DNA of 63,465 nt, filler included, from Collodictyon triciliatum (GCA_043381765.1; 28 parts of 28 records of this genome joined end to end with filler, not necessarily neighbours in it), one strand, 5' to 3'; positions 1 to 13,416 are shown, counted from the first letter of the whole stretch. Numbers and translations: made by a program. Notes: generated by a model from the letters alone, not told the origin.

Positions 1-1587
1 CGTTTAATTGCATATGCTATTTTAGTTTTTGCTTGAATCATAATCATCGTAGAGTTTACTTGTTTTCTCTTGAAATTTAATCGCTGAGGGTGAATGGTTT
101 TATTTATCAACATTTTTAAACTTGAGTATAAAAGCTGACAACCTCTTGATGGACAACGAAAAGAACTCACGGCCTGAAAAAATTATATTCGTACATATAT
201 AAAAATTGTAGAAACATACTAAAATGAAAATAAGGATTGAAATATTATGATAAACATACCTATCCCATAATCTATCTATCTATCTGTGTAATTTTTTTTT
301 AAAAAGATAATGACATGAGTGGTGCAGTGATTGCTAATCATGAAAGGGAAACCATTTGTTGTTTTTGTTATAGCAAAAGTCCATGTATTAATTTTGCTTA
401 ATTTTTTAATTTTGAAGGCCCTATTTTAACAAGACTAAAAGTATTGAATATGAATCAGAACGAAATAAAGCGTGGTAGAAGATGATAAAAGAAGGTCATC
501 AGATCAATTTAACAATCAGGAAACGAGAGCAACTGACCAGAAGCAATCCAAGAAAGGGTAATGAGGTAAAATTAATCGTGTGGAACAAACATGGCTGAAT
601 GCAAAATACATATGGTCGTAAGAAAAAGGAAGAAAATACGATAGTGCAATAAAATGTGCATAAAACAAAGGAATAAGCACATGAAGGTAAAGGAGAAATT
701 TGATAATTTAAAAACCACAGCGCTCTATGTGCAATCGTTACGGATACAATTTACACAAAAGAAAGTTTGGGTCTCTTTTTTTCTGGGGATAAGTTCCACT
801 TTAAAGCTCATATTACCACACAATTACGAGGTAAGAAGGCGATGCTTGCTATGATGGAAAAAATATCGTCAACTATTCCAAGCAAAAGACAAAAAGGTGG
901 CAACTGGACAGAAGACAACCTTGACATGCACCGTTCAAATGAAGCATAAACACCAACACATAACCAAATAATCTGTTACTATCAAGCACTTGTGCGGCAA
1001 AAGAAACTATTATGCATGCATTACCAAAAAAATGGTATTCATAATTCGATGAGCTTTTTAAATGACATATTAAATGGAGAGACTTAAGCGTAGTAAATTA
1101 GTTTTTGGCAAATGTTTATAAGAAAACAACTTTGTGAGCTGTGAGAGAAAACCATGGAAAAAACATGCTTATGCAAGTGTAGATATTGTGATTCGTAAAC
1201 AAATAAAAAAGTCGAAAATAAAAACATAAATATCAATAACGAGGGTGACATGGAGATAAAAGAAAGTAATCTCATAAGAAAGATAGAAGCACATCACAGA
1301 AATGCAAATTATTTTCAAATAAATGAACGAGTTTGCGTCTTCATGAGACATGTCACCAAATATATGTACTGTGGATATAATCAATCACTGGTGCCAATTC
1401 CTGCGAAGGATACAAAGCTGGCTGTACACTACACTCTGAGATTTAGTAGAGATATACACTACAAAGTGAGATTAGACAACCATGCTTATTTCTCCAGGGA
1501 TACATATACATGATGCAAAGCTTCTGTAGAAACCTAGCATAGAAAGATTATCTACACAAAATAAAAACTATGAAAAAGATAAATATG

Positions 1588-1670
1588 GCCTTGCCTTTCT
1601 CATGCAAGCACAAGACCTCACCTACAGGCCAATGCACAGTACATAATTCTTGATTACAATCTACTTCTCC
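1588..1670 (+). mobile_element. Degenerate non-LTR retrotransposon ORF2 3' remnant (family A); may extend upstream to about 700
   Basis: Ungapped 83-nt match (~78% by hand count) to 27049-27131, the C-terminal ORF2 segment of the LINE on another contig. An A-rich stretch follows at about 1770-1800. Confidence 0.75.
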
Positions 1671-2216
1671 AGTCAAACAGCAGCCAGTACGGTCCATGCA
1701 AAAGATGACCATTGATTCGAAGTCAAATCCTTAAACATGTCGCACAAATTGAAAGGATTGTAATGAGAAGAAAAGATTAAAGAAAAAGAAAAAAAAGAAT
1801 TGCAGTCAGCAGGTGAATGTTAAAGAATAAACAAAACCAATGCCACTGTGGCATTAACTCATATACAAAACAACAAAACACTCTGCCGATTAATCAAAGA
1901 ACAAAAACTGCAGATTCAACGGACAATAATGCAATCAGTCAGGATATGCACAGCTTTCAAGTCGATGAATGAAAAATATAAGACACAGAGTAAAGGCACA
2001 CAAAGCAGTGCATGTAATATTAAAGCCCTCGTCATGCGCAAATAGGAAAAGAAAATATTGTATTCATGAAGCATACATTGCGACTTGTAACCAAGCGAAA
2101 AAAATATGAAAAATCATGAAAGCATACAGTCTCATTAGAAAATAGACAATCAACACATAATCATCCACTTAGCATGTGACACATACTCAACATCGATTAG
2201 CAAACAAACAGGATAT

Positions 2217-2316
2217 NNNNNNNNNNNNNNNNNNNNNNNNNNNNNNNNNNNNNNNNNNNNTTAATTAATTAANNNNNNNNNNNNNNNNNNNNNNNNNNNN
2301 NNNNNNNNNNNNNNNN
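2217..2316. other. Artificial contig-joining spacer (N44-TTAATTAATTAA-N44); first of about 27 identical spacers
   Basis: The same 100-bp spacer, with stops in all six frames, recurs every ~2.3 kb. Flanking contig lengths decline slowly (2216, 2216, 2216, 2215...), consistent with size-sorted unplaced contigs. Confidence 0.97.
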
Positions 2317-2475
2317 TCTGATAAGTCCGGTTTGGCCTTCTGCCGGAAAGGATGTGTTCTGTAAGGCCTATGACGCACGAGTAGACAAACGACAGGAAGG
2401 GCATCAAAGACAAAACGGGAGTATGATTTTGGAAGAAGGATAAAGTGAGACACCAAGGCGCCGGATACACACCGC

Positions 2476-2680
2476 ACAATATTTTGTCTACAATTCCCCT
2501 TAAAATGTAATTTCATGCCACTTTACATTTGTAACTAGGAGTATACTATCTTTCGACTGGCAAACTTGTTCCGCTAGTATCCAAGGTCTCACCACTTTTT
2601 TTCGCAGAGGTTGTGTGGTGGTTAAGGTTGCCAGGAAAGACCCAACAGCCTGTTTTTTAGAGTAAGTTGTTTTCGAAGAA
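2476..2680 (-). ncRNA. Putative Fanzor omegaRNA scaffold plus flanking guide
   Basis: Lies directly 3' of the Fanzor stop. Inverted repeats: 2503-2510/2523-2530 (perfect 8 bp), 2534-2538/2574-2578, and 2590-2595/2615-2620 enclosed by 2585-2589/2638-2642. Candidate element end at ...TTTTAAGGGG (2496). Boundaries are inferred. Confidence 0.55.
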
Positions 2681-4311
2681 TTAAAAGAGCTTTGTTGAGT
2701 ACATTATTAACGCTGCTAAGTCCCTTGTCAAGAATACACTTTGTTTACTTTCTGAGTGATTGCATTCTTTACACATGAGACATCTATACACCTTTTTTGT
2801 ATTTCCTTTCAGTTTCATATATTCCAGTTCTTTTTCGCAGTTGCAGCACATCTTGGAGGTTCTAAATTCATCTACACTAACTGTTTCAAACCGTTTGGAT
2901 AATATTTTTCGTAATCCTCTTCTGATTGTTGGCATAAAATTTTTCATCTGACATTTTCTGCTCCAGTCTCCATACGCCAGTACAACATCCTTGCCAAATG
3001 TCTTTTCGATTCGGTCCATAAACAATTGTTCACTTCTTTTTGTGTTAACATACTGTATCCATCTCATCTTTCGAAAAGTTACTTATTCATAAAATCCGGA
3101 AAGTTCTATCTGGTATCTTGAATACATAGATACATATTTTATAAATTATGTATAATCGACCGAGCGTGTATTACGTTCACTCAGTTCTGTATCTAAATCG
3201 ATTAAAGATGCTCTTGATGTCTCAAACTGCTGATTCTCTTCAAAAATCATGTGAACAAAAGAAACAGAACTTTGTAAATCTGTTGCCATATGTATATCCC
3301 TGAAGCTTCGTACTTTTCTTGCGCAAGAGTATTTTGTGATTTTTAAGAGATTTGCTATCATGTCTTGTTTGATGAGCCATGTAAAGTAATTTCTTACCTG
3401 TCTCATCCACCATGTAAACCAAATAAACTTGCCTGCGTCCACTCCAACTATTTTTTTTTTTTTTTTGTCGCTAATAAAGATAACTGCTCTTCGGAAAGTT
3501 CATCTATATATACATATTCTTGGATTTTTGATTAAATAGGAATTTTGAATTTGAAATACCTTTCTTTTCAAATAATCATGACACCACCAAGCCGTCTGTT
3601 TGTATCATGCATTTAAAATTGTAGTATCTTTGATGAAAAACTTTCTTCTTCATTTCAAAGAACTTATTCCATAGGGTCTCTTTGCATCCTGATATGTTCT
3701 TCTTTAATGATGTTTTCCAGATAATACTAATAGATCTATCAAATATGCAGTTTCTAGAGTAATATGTCACGGTATATTGTTAGTTCTTATAGAGATTGGT
3801 TGAAGCAGTTTGGTTACAATGTCCTCAAAAATGCGATTCATGTAAATCAGACGTGGAATGTACTTATTTGGATTGACTTTGGCGACATATTCGATACCTT
3901 TTACAATATCGCTGGTAATGATATGATGCAAATGCATTGTAGCCCATTCTTTATATTGTTCTGGTATTTCGAGATTCTTGAAGATGACTTCCTTTTTAAC
4001 TTTCGTAACTCTGCCTTTTTTTAATAGCTTCCGTAACATTCTCATCTTTAGGAACTGTTTGATTTATAAAGCGCAGTAACCTCTTAACAAAATACTCCTT
4101 AATGTTATTGTGATACGCTGTTAACATTTGCTTCGCCAAGTACGGTAATACATGAGAGTCCAACCAACGGAAAGCGTTCTTCTCGGGACAAAAGGAATCG
4201 AAAATAAGTAAGAGATAAAAAGTCATGTATTTACTGATACGTGTTTTTTTTTTAAAAAAAAAAACTTGCCAGTCTATCTTGTGAAACTATTCCGACTGTC
4301 TAATAAGCGTA

Positions 4312-4352
<41 letters not shown>

Positions 4353-4532
4353 ATTCATCGATTGTTGGGAGTTGTGATTTCAATACGTAGCATCTTGCAA
4401 ACAGATAAGTGTCGGTAACCAAATTATGACACAATAAAACTGTATCTTGATTTTGTCATAGTCATCCGCATTCTTTACAATCGACTTTGGAGATGTTTTC
4501 ACATTTCGATAGCCTGGTTTTACAGACTTTAG
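2681..4532 (-). pseudogene. Fanzor1 (TnpB-like RNA-guided RuvC nuclease), frameshifted, 5' end lost in gap
   Basis: Joining frames gives the Fanzor1 motif order: KTSPKSIV..DTVLLCHNLVTDTYLF..LPTIDE; LPYLAKQMLTAYHNNIKEYF; IQTDG; YIDEL..KKIVGVDAGK (RuvC-I D at 3437-3439); TELSERNTRSVDY..FRKMRW..NTKRSE; LAYGDW; VDEFRTSKMCCNC (RuvC-II E at 2867-2869); CKEC; TRDLAA (RuvC-III D at 2720-2722). Multiple stops and frameshifts, some at homopolymer runs. Confidence 0.9.
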
Positions 4533-4632
4533 NNNNNNNNNNNNNNNNNNNNNNNNNNNNNNNNNNNNNNNNNNNNTTAATTAATTAANNNNNNNNNNNN
4601 NNNNNNNNNNNNNNNNNNNNNNNNNNNNNNNN

Positions 4633-4870
4633 ACAATAATAACAACAATAATAACAACAATAATAACAACAATAATAACAACAATAATAACAACAATAAT
4701 AACAACAATAATAACAACAATAATAACAACAATAATAACAACAATAATAACAACAATAATAACAACAATAATAACAACAATAATAACAACAATAATAACA
4801 ACAATAATAACAACAATAATAGCAACAATAATAGCAACAATAATAGCAACAATAATAATAACAACAATAA
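4633..4870. repeat. Microsatellite (AAC/AAT mix); representative of the simple repeats at most contig ends (ACTCTTTT, AGAAG, ACAT, GATGAA, AAAAG, AAAAGCAT, AAC, etc.)
   Basis: Directly visible tandem repeats abutting the gaps. Confidence 0.95.
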
Positions 4871-7146
4871 TATTATTATTAGAAATAATAAACGTAAAAT
4901 TCGTGAATTAGAGAAAAAGAACGTTGAAAGTCGATAGGAACCTACTTTAATACTTTCAAAAAGGACAGCCTCTTGTTCATCCTCTTCTTGATTAAATTGA
5001 AACCCGAGTACCTGGGTTACAACCTCCTTGATGAGGGCTTTTACTGACTCGATCGCCTCGGATATCTGATCTACAATGGAAGGCACGCTTGATCCGTCCA
5101 TGCTCCTTATGCTTGGCAACGATGCCTAGAGGAATAGAAATAGCTGAGCCAAGTGGAAAAGTTTCTTGACGTATGTCGAGCACAGTTGACACAACACTTT
5201 TTTTTTTCTTTTTCTTTTCCAATTTTTTTCTTCTACATGTCCGCCATTCTCTCGAAATACCAGACTCCTTCTTTGCAAATGAGCAGCGTTGCACTGAACA
5301 GAGTGCGTGCAAGGACAAGGAACAGAGGGCAGGCGCATTGTAGTCCACACTGTTGGTGTGTTCTGACTTGTACAGACGGCTTGGCAGATTCTGATGTGCT
5401 GATCGAGAGTTTTGCGAGAATCACGCCAGATTCTCTCTTTCGGATTTTCTGAATTCGTCACATGCCAAAGATTTTCAGTCCCAACCGCAGCCAAAAGACT
5501 TGAATTTTGGTTGCATCTTGGCGGTGCGGCAGTGGTTTTGCTGGGACAGGCCCAAAAACATTTTAGTACTTGATGTCATGAACATATTGTCCACCTGTTT
5601 GCATAATGCTCTGTCTGTGATTTTCCCTCCCATTTTGAAGATTCAGCAATCCATATATCGCAGGATAATCTCATCAAATGCTTCCCGTGACACATCTCCG
5701 TTCTGTTTTGTACACCCCAATCTCTTAATATTAACGAAAAACAGTACCTAAACACATCCCCAATTACTCCACATTGACGTTCTCTCATTATTATTTCTGC
5801 TCCAGAAGAGGTTGCCATAATATGATTGCTTTTTACAAGGTAATTTCACATGCATAACAATCTTGATGTATGCATACGCCAGACACTTAACATATTTTGG
5901 CTCAGAGATCTTGTCCTTTTCTTTTAATAAAAAATTGCGGCCTTTCCTTTCGTCACTCTAACACTTTATAATTTCTAACTTAGAGCCAAAATAAAAACTC
6001 TGATGCACCGAAGCTTAGTTTAAATGATTTGCATTAGAGACAAAAAAATTTCTTATTTCACTATTTTCCTTTGCCTATATTTTTCATGAAAATAAAGCAT
6101 CGAGGATGCTTGTGGTACTTTATTTGATGTTTTCAAAAAAAATAATTATGAGTACTCTATCCTACTAGAAGGAATAAATGCATTATTTGAATTTATGAAA
6201 TGAAAAACCTGCTGTGATTCTCGTCCGGGTTCCTTGTTTCATGCCTGGTGGGATGATAAATAAGGGATTAATCTAATGCGTTCATGCGAATCAGTGAGGA
6301 AACATGGGTTTTTTTTTACTTTACTGTTTCAAGGGATGATTAAAGAGGATTGGAGTTTCCATTCTTCCATGGGTGGTGTATTTTTTGGATATTTTATTCG
6401 CTGCACCTTATGTTTTATAAACCCATGGATGCTTCAAAATCAATTGCATACACTTACTCTTTGAGCAACACAATGAAAATCCGCTACGATTTGTTGTCGA
6501 GTGAAAAATACTTGGATTGAATTGATTATAAAGCCTTAAAATCTAATCTATTGAACCATTAAGCTAAATTCTTACCCAGGCGCATACAATCGTATGACTT
6601 TTTTTCTCAGCTCCCTTTTGGTGCAGGCGCCTGTCGTGCTTGTGAAACCCAAAATCCAAAACCAAAATCCAAAACCAGAATCTAAAACCAGAACACAAAA
6701 ATTATAAATTGAAAGATCAAAACCTTGTCAAACTGCAGCATTAACGAACACATATATTTTCCAGAATAACAAAAGAACGAACAAACGTGGAATTTTAAAT
6801 TCGTAAAACAGCGGAAAGCACAACGAGACGCTTGCGAAACTGCACGGTNNNNNNNNNNNNNNNNNNNNNNNNNNNNNNNNNNNNNNNNNNNNTTAATTAA
6901 TTAANNNNNNNNNNNNNNNNNNNNNNNNNNNNNNNNNNNNNNNNNNNNACTCTTTTACTCTTTTACTCTTTTACTCTTTTACTCTTTTACTCTTTTACTC
7001 TTTTACTCTTTTACTCTTTTACTCTTTTACTCTTTTACTCTTTTACTATTTTACTCTTTTACTCTTTTACTCTTTTACTCTTTTGTTCTTTTGTTCTTTT
7101 ACTCTTTTATTCGTTGGATTAATTTTATAATGGGTGTGTATCCTAC

Positions 7147-8694
7147 CTTGTCCTTCGTGCTCTCATATTCTGATTTCTGTAGCTGGAGTTTCAAAAAATC
7201 GATCTGTTTCCTAAAACCCTCCATTTGTCGTTGTATTTGAGCAGTCTCGCCATCGCGCTCCATACTTAAAGAATAAATAATCAATTAAATTGTTACTCTT
7301 TATATTAATTTATTTGTGTGGTTCTTTTTTCGCTTCATTATTTCAAAAAAACATTGGTCTATTTTGCTCTATGTACGAGAAAAATAGCAAGAAAATGGAT
7401 AATAAAACCTTGTCGAAAGACTCTTCAGCCTAGATATGGTTTGTTTATCTTTTTCATTTTCCTCCATCGATGCACGAAGTCTCATATCGTAGGATTCTAT
7501 ATCCGCTTGTAAGTTGCGAATCTGATGTTGAAGTTCATTCTTCATACAAAGGGACTTTTCATAAAGAATCAATTTCTCAGATTTCAATTGGTCTCTCTCC
7601 TTTTCAATCAAAATGGCTCTTTGGTACAGGGCATTGAAATCCAAAGTCTTTCTATTAAGCTTCGGGTCAATTAGAGTTAAGAGATAAGCCCATGCTGTTG
7701 AAAGTTTGAAAAAATGTCGAGCTTAATTAAATAGAACAAGATGGGCATTAAATACCTTATCTTGAGCTTCCATTATTTTAGATTCCAAACTGGCCTCACT
7801 TTTTAGTGGCATATGCTTCATCTAAAATAGTTATGTGAGTAAGTAGTCAAAAGAAAAAAAAGAGTCCAAATATCATAATTTTCTTGCATTCGATTTTCGT
7901 TCCACATGAAATGAAACATATATGTTTGTAGGCGAATGATATCAGCTTCACACTTGGGCTATGAATTTCATTTGCTGCTCCAAGTCTCTTCTCAGGCTAA
8001 AGAATACAGTGGAATAAATTAATGTTGACAGCAATTAAATTGTTTGAAAGAGAGATGGAGAGAAAAACATACTCGCGGAAAAAGATACTATTACCTTAGA
8101 ACTATGGATTCTTTCTCTTCAATTATCCTATCTTTCTCTTGTATTAATCTTTCCCAAGCTCGTCTGGCATCTTCCATTGTCTCAGCAAGAGTAAGAGAAG
8201 ACATGTACGCATGGCTCTGCGCGGTGGGGTATAAAAAGTGAATTTTGACCTACTTTTGGTAGTCTTTTTTTTTAGCAAAGTAAAATAGCAAACTGATGAT
8301 GCGTGATACGGCCTTCGGTCTTGACGAAGAGACCCTTCTGCGTATCCAGGATTGCTGTTTTCTTCTTATGAGGTGATGACATGTTACTTTTTCAAATTCG
8401 ATATAATTAGACAACCGAAAAGAATCATAAAATCATACGTTAGAGTTATATGGTTCGCTCAACCATGATAAACGTATATAAATATTCACTTTGTGTCCTA
8501 AGTGGCGATTCATTAGCGTTCCTTGTGTCAAATGATGCAAGAATTGCTTCCTCTGTTTTCAATCTCACATTTGTGCCATCTCTATCTACCAAAAATCGGT
8601 TTCCTTCTACTCTCTCATAGATTTCGTCGTCCGGCAAAGGCTTCGGTGCCTTCCGTCGTGCTTTATCTGGTGTTTGTGTTTCCGTCGCTTTCAC
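7147..8694 (-). CDS. Multi-exon coiled-coil protein, partial, unidentified
   Basis: Heptad-rich segments (AWERLIQEKDRIIEEKE; IEKERDQLKSEKLIL..LQHQIRNLQADIE; QIQRQMEGFRKQIDFLKLQLQK) bounded by GT/AG sites. Ends are uncertain. Confidence 0.5.
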
Positions 8695-9365
8695 TGGGGT
8701 AGTGCTTTGGAGAAGGGTACTTGGTCTCGATTGATAATATGTGTTACTTTAATATGGATGGATGCTCTTCTGAAGAGGAACATGTTTGTGGGATGTATCA
8801 TGGGTAGGTTAATAGGATTCTTTACCGGATGTGCGATTGTCTCGTTGCATTCGTAGTAGATGGATGTGGACTACGGTAAGTGTTTTGTGCGTTCGGTGTC
8901 CTATTCTTTAATGGAAAATAAATATTTATATTGATAGGACATGTTCTTTGATAGGTGTCTTTTTTCTGCATTGTTTCTTTTAGTTTCTTTTTGTTTCTTT
9001 TTGTTTTTTTGTTTCTTTTTGTTTCTTTTTGTTTCTTTTTGTTTCTTTTTGTTTCTTTTTGTTTCTTTTTGTTTCTTTTTGTTTCTTTTTGTTTCTTTTT
9101 GTTTCTTTTTGTTTCTTTTTGTTTCTTTGTGTTTCTTTGTGTTTCTTTGTGTTTCTTTGTGTTNNNNNNNNNNNNNNNNNNNNNNNNNNNNNNNNNNNNN
9201 NNNNNNNTTAATTAATTAANNNNNNNNNNNNNNNNNNNNNNNNNNNNNNNNNNNNNNNNNNNNATGGTAGTTTCTCAAACTGTGGAAGCAGTGATATTGG
9301 CTTCACTTTGTTTGGGTGCACCTTCCCCTGTTTGGTCATGCAAAAATGTGATAGATTTCATGTCA

Positions 9366-9462
<97 letters not shown>

Positions 9463-9599
9463 GCCCAAATTTTGACAAATGATGATCAAGTAATGAGGGT
9501 TTTATTTTGAAAATATTGTAAACGATAGGAATAACAAGGTCAAAATATGGTTCAGTACATCTCCATCTAATATCGTTAAGATGTGCATATGTATGTTTT

Positions 9600-11330
9600 G
9601 ATCGTTTTAATAACTTTCTTTTCATGTATAACAAAAGCAGTTGAAATTGAGTCAAAAAATACCTTAAAAAAGCTTTCAAATCTTGATTCAGCTGCTTGCC
9701 TTTCCATTAAATTATATCGGGGGAAGTATGGATTGTATTCTGACCATGATTCAGGTTTCACAACAAACTTGCCTAAAGAAGCAATATTGTTTTGGATTCA
9801 CTTTCAATCGGTTAGCAAAATAAACTACAGGAAAAAAATTCTAATTTTTTTGCTGATTTACCCTGCTCTAAGGTGTTGGGGCTTGAAAATGAAGCTATCT
9901 CTTTAATTAAATGTGTAATTTTTGAGGAAATAAACGCATCTCCAGATAACCCTTCAGTCAACTAAACAGTTAAAATAATACTTTTTTTCAACATAACCAA
10001 AAGTCATTCACAGAGTAACAATATCATGTATCAATTAATTCTTATGATCGTATAGTGAATATAACCTTGCTGTGAGTCATGTTGTCCACAAAAAGTCTGT
10101 GAAGAAGTTCATACTTAAGACTATCTTCATCTGACCACCCGACCTATTTTCAGTAAAAGAGTATGTAATTATGCTATATGAGCCAGCAGGATAACCATCT
10201 GAATAAAGCCATCTACAGTTATGAGAAGTACAGTTACATTTTAGTGAAGTATTTGGAGTGAGTTTTTAATTGTGTAGAAATTAATAGAAATTTGTATTTG
10301 CCTTCTGGCCGCTACTGACGACGTAAATCAGAAATTGAAAGAAATTTTCGACATAAGCAATGTCACTTTTTTTGACCTGGTGATTAAAAAAAATTGTGCA
10401 CATTAACATAGATTTAATCAGAGAATTTCACATAAATAAATTTTCAATAGGTATTAAGCAATTATATCATAAATGTATGGCTCACTGGTGATGCTTGGCT
10501 AAAATAATTGGAAACAGCAAAATGCCGATACACTAGCTCTATAAAATGATCTGGGTTCATTACTGTGGCCATAACCTATTGAAGTAAATGATTAAGGAGA
10601 GTTCTTCGATTTACGAATCTATGATATAAGCCGCTAGGAAGTGTATATTATATTTTTTCGGTTACATTATTATTTGTATGAAAGCCATACTTGTACAAGG
10701 TAGATATCAAGGTCGAAATAGTAGCGAGTGAAATAAACGCTTGTGTAGGTCATTGACTGGGCCCACGTTGATATTCCTATGTCATCATTTCAGTTTGTTT
10801 TTTCTTTTTTTCGAATTCAAGTACATACTCTTCATGAAATGATTTGACTGTCACATCAGCCTACCATTTCTCTTCCATATACCGATGATGTTCTGTGCCC
10901 AGCAAGCTTGGATGTTAAGAATATCAAAGAGGAGCAATGTCTGGTGAGATTAATATCATCGTTAGGTGTAGAACTTTCTGTCGAGCTAAAGTAATTTTGC
11001 GCTTTAAATTCGTTTATTACTAAACCACAATCTAAATGATAATAGTGTTGAAGTAACTTAGAATTGATTGGTTATTATAATTTCTTTCTACTTGTCCAGG
11101 CATTGATGAGAAATAGAAATGGCTCATTTCAAAAAACATAAAAAAAAAATACCTGAATGTGCATATCGCTAATTGACTGTGGTAAGTTTATATGTAAGAT
11201 GCTTTTAATGTCAACATCTCCTATCCTTACCAGCTCTTGAATTGAAGCTACATTTAACGTTTGATCAGCCATAATATCAAAAATATTGAGAAGAGTGATT
11301 GTAAGTATAAAAATGAGGCGAACATGATTA
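9600..11330 (-). CDS. Probable multi-exon gene, unidentified, with hydrophobic N-terminal segment
   Basis: Short open segments separated by GT..AG intervals; RLIFILTITLLNIF near the 5' end. No family recognised; coordinates are approximate. Confidence 0.3.
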
Positions 11331-11763
11331 CAGATAAGTCATACTTGTAGCATCTTTGCTTTTATTTTATTTTGTTTTGTTTTATTTTGTTTTATTTTGT
11401 TTTATTTTGTTTTATTTTGTTTTATTTTGTTTTATTTTGTTTTATTTTGTTTTATTTTGTTTTATTTTGTTTTATTTTNNNNNNNNNNNNNNNNNNNNNN
11501 NNNNNNNNNNNNNNNNNNNNNNTTAATTAATTAANNNNNNNNNNNNNNNNNNNNNNNNNNNNNNNNNNNNNNNNNNNNGAAGAGAAGAGAAGAGAAGAGA
11601 AGAGAAGAGAAGAGAAGAGAAGAGAAGAGAAGAGAAGAGAAGAGAAGAGAAGAGAAGAGAAGAGAAGAGAAGAGAAGAGAAAACTGTAAAAATTTATATT
11701 TATAACCAGACATGACAAAAAGTATCATGTGTTTCCACTGGTAAAAGTAAATTACAAACACAC

Positions 11764-13416
11764 TTCGGAGTCGATGTCGTCATGGTTTTGAACAAGTTGG
11801 TTAAGCCGCTTCTGGCATATATTTAGTGCAAATTTGAGAATCGTGATGTTGAAGAGAGACAGTTCCCCTTCTCTCGTTTCCTGGACTAATCTCTTCATTA
11901 CAGCTTCTGCAGCTATGTAATGAAATTCATCTATTTTTCGATTTGAGGATAGAAAATAAAAAGTAAGAACTATTTCCAAATAAATCAAAAACTTAAAAAA
12001 TAATCTAGGTTTCGAGATAGAGCAGCTATGTTCCTACATTGTATCAAATGACGGATAGATATGTTTTTTTTTTCACTTGCTACATTCATGAACTCATTTG
12101 AAGATTGAAAATATATGCATATAAAATGACAAGTTGGGTCCCAAAATGTTACATACTGATAAAGTCTTGTCTCTCATGGCAGTTACCGAGGTCAAAACAT
12201 ATGGGAAAGAAAGACGTGCATCCGATTGGCTCGTGCCAGGAAACCGAGCGAATATTTCGGCAGAGGCCAGCTTTTGTGGTTAGTTCGGTGGCACAAGGAA
12301 AGTGATTGACTGTCTGATCTTTCCGCAGATTCTTGAAGTCTATGTCTATTCCTTTGAGGCACCATTTGAAGTCGTAGAATGGACTCTCTGGATTCGTGTT
12401 TTCCACCCATCCACGTTCCAGAAAAAGCTGACGGGCATCCGGATACGGGCCATGGACCATGAAAACTTTTGTCCGCTCATCGATTCTGTTCTTTTTCTTC
12501 CATTCCCCCATATCTAACCTCACTTGGTTGCCATTGACACTTCCATACCGGACCTCTTTGGATAAAGCGTGAAGTTATCGAAAGGAAAATAAGTAATAAT
12601 TGATAATTCAGTCCTTATCGCATACCATGTGTTATGAAGGTAACATATCGTTTTATCATATTATTGAAAAATTTAATAGTGTCATATTTTGCTTGAGCAC
12701 GAAATCATTTTTTTTTGGGAAGGGAAAGGAGAAAAAAAAAGGGCGATGCTGTCCATGAAGGAAAATATACCTGGCTTTGATGATTTCTGCATCACATATA
12801 TTTTTCAGTTTTTTTTAAAAGGTCAGTTCTCATTAAATCAATATAAATTGAAGAAATTTAGACCTCACAAAAAATTTGAAAATGAATTTGCAACGTTATT
12901 TCCCCCTGAAGGAAATGCACTTTGTTTTCTTTTTAATTTTGTGAGAACCAACCTTGCTTTCCTTTTCCATCAGCCTCCGATTAGCGACTTGATTCTCTTT
13001 CATACGTCCTTGTGGTTGATGCCTTGGTGCGCTTGTTTTTAAACTTGCACTAAACGTTTCGTCTTTCAATATCTCCGTATCTGAATCAGATTCTGGTACA
13101 ACTCTTTCATGGCTTCACATAGCATACATTCAACACCGGGAAAACGAAAAAAATATCAGAGATTAAAATAAGGGACCCAAGATAACGATATATTCAAGAG
13201 GTTTATATCCTTATAGGAAGATTAGCGAGCTGCAATGCAAAGAATGAAAAGACATGAAAAAGTAAAATCTTACAATGATTCGTCCATTTGTTCGCTGTCA
13301 TCAACCTCTTCAGGAAGAATTGCCACGTCGAAATCAGTGTCTTCCCCCATAACTGCATCAGATAAAACAGTATCACCGGCTGTTTTAAAAGGTCTTTGGA
13401 TGAACTTTGAAGGTAT
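11764..13416 (-). CDS. TTLL3: Tubulin monoglycylase TTLL3/TTLL8-like, partial, spliced
   Basis: GPYPDARQLFLERGWVE..YDFKW..QTVNHF..ELTTKAGLCRNIRSVSW..FFPICFDL..RQDFI|DEFHYIAA are characteristic TTLL3/8 motifs. Confidence 0.85.

Noticed and set aside
2261-2272. Regularly spaced TTAATTAATTAA palindromes resembling a repeat array or CRISPR
   Set aside because: Always embedded in N44 padding; this is an artificial six-frame stop linker. Adjacency between contigs therefore has no biological meaning.
4577-5119. Long low-complexity ORFs (poly-L, poly-F, poly-K, YVCM, NLNL and similar) across the window
   Set aside because: These are translations of microsatellites and N gaps, not proteins.
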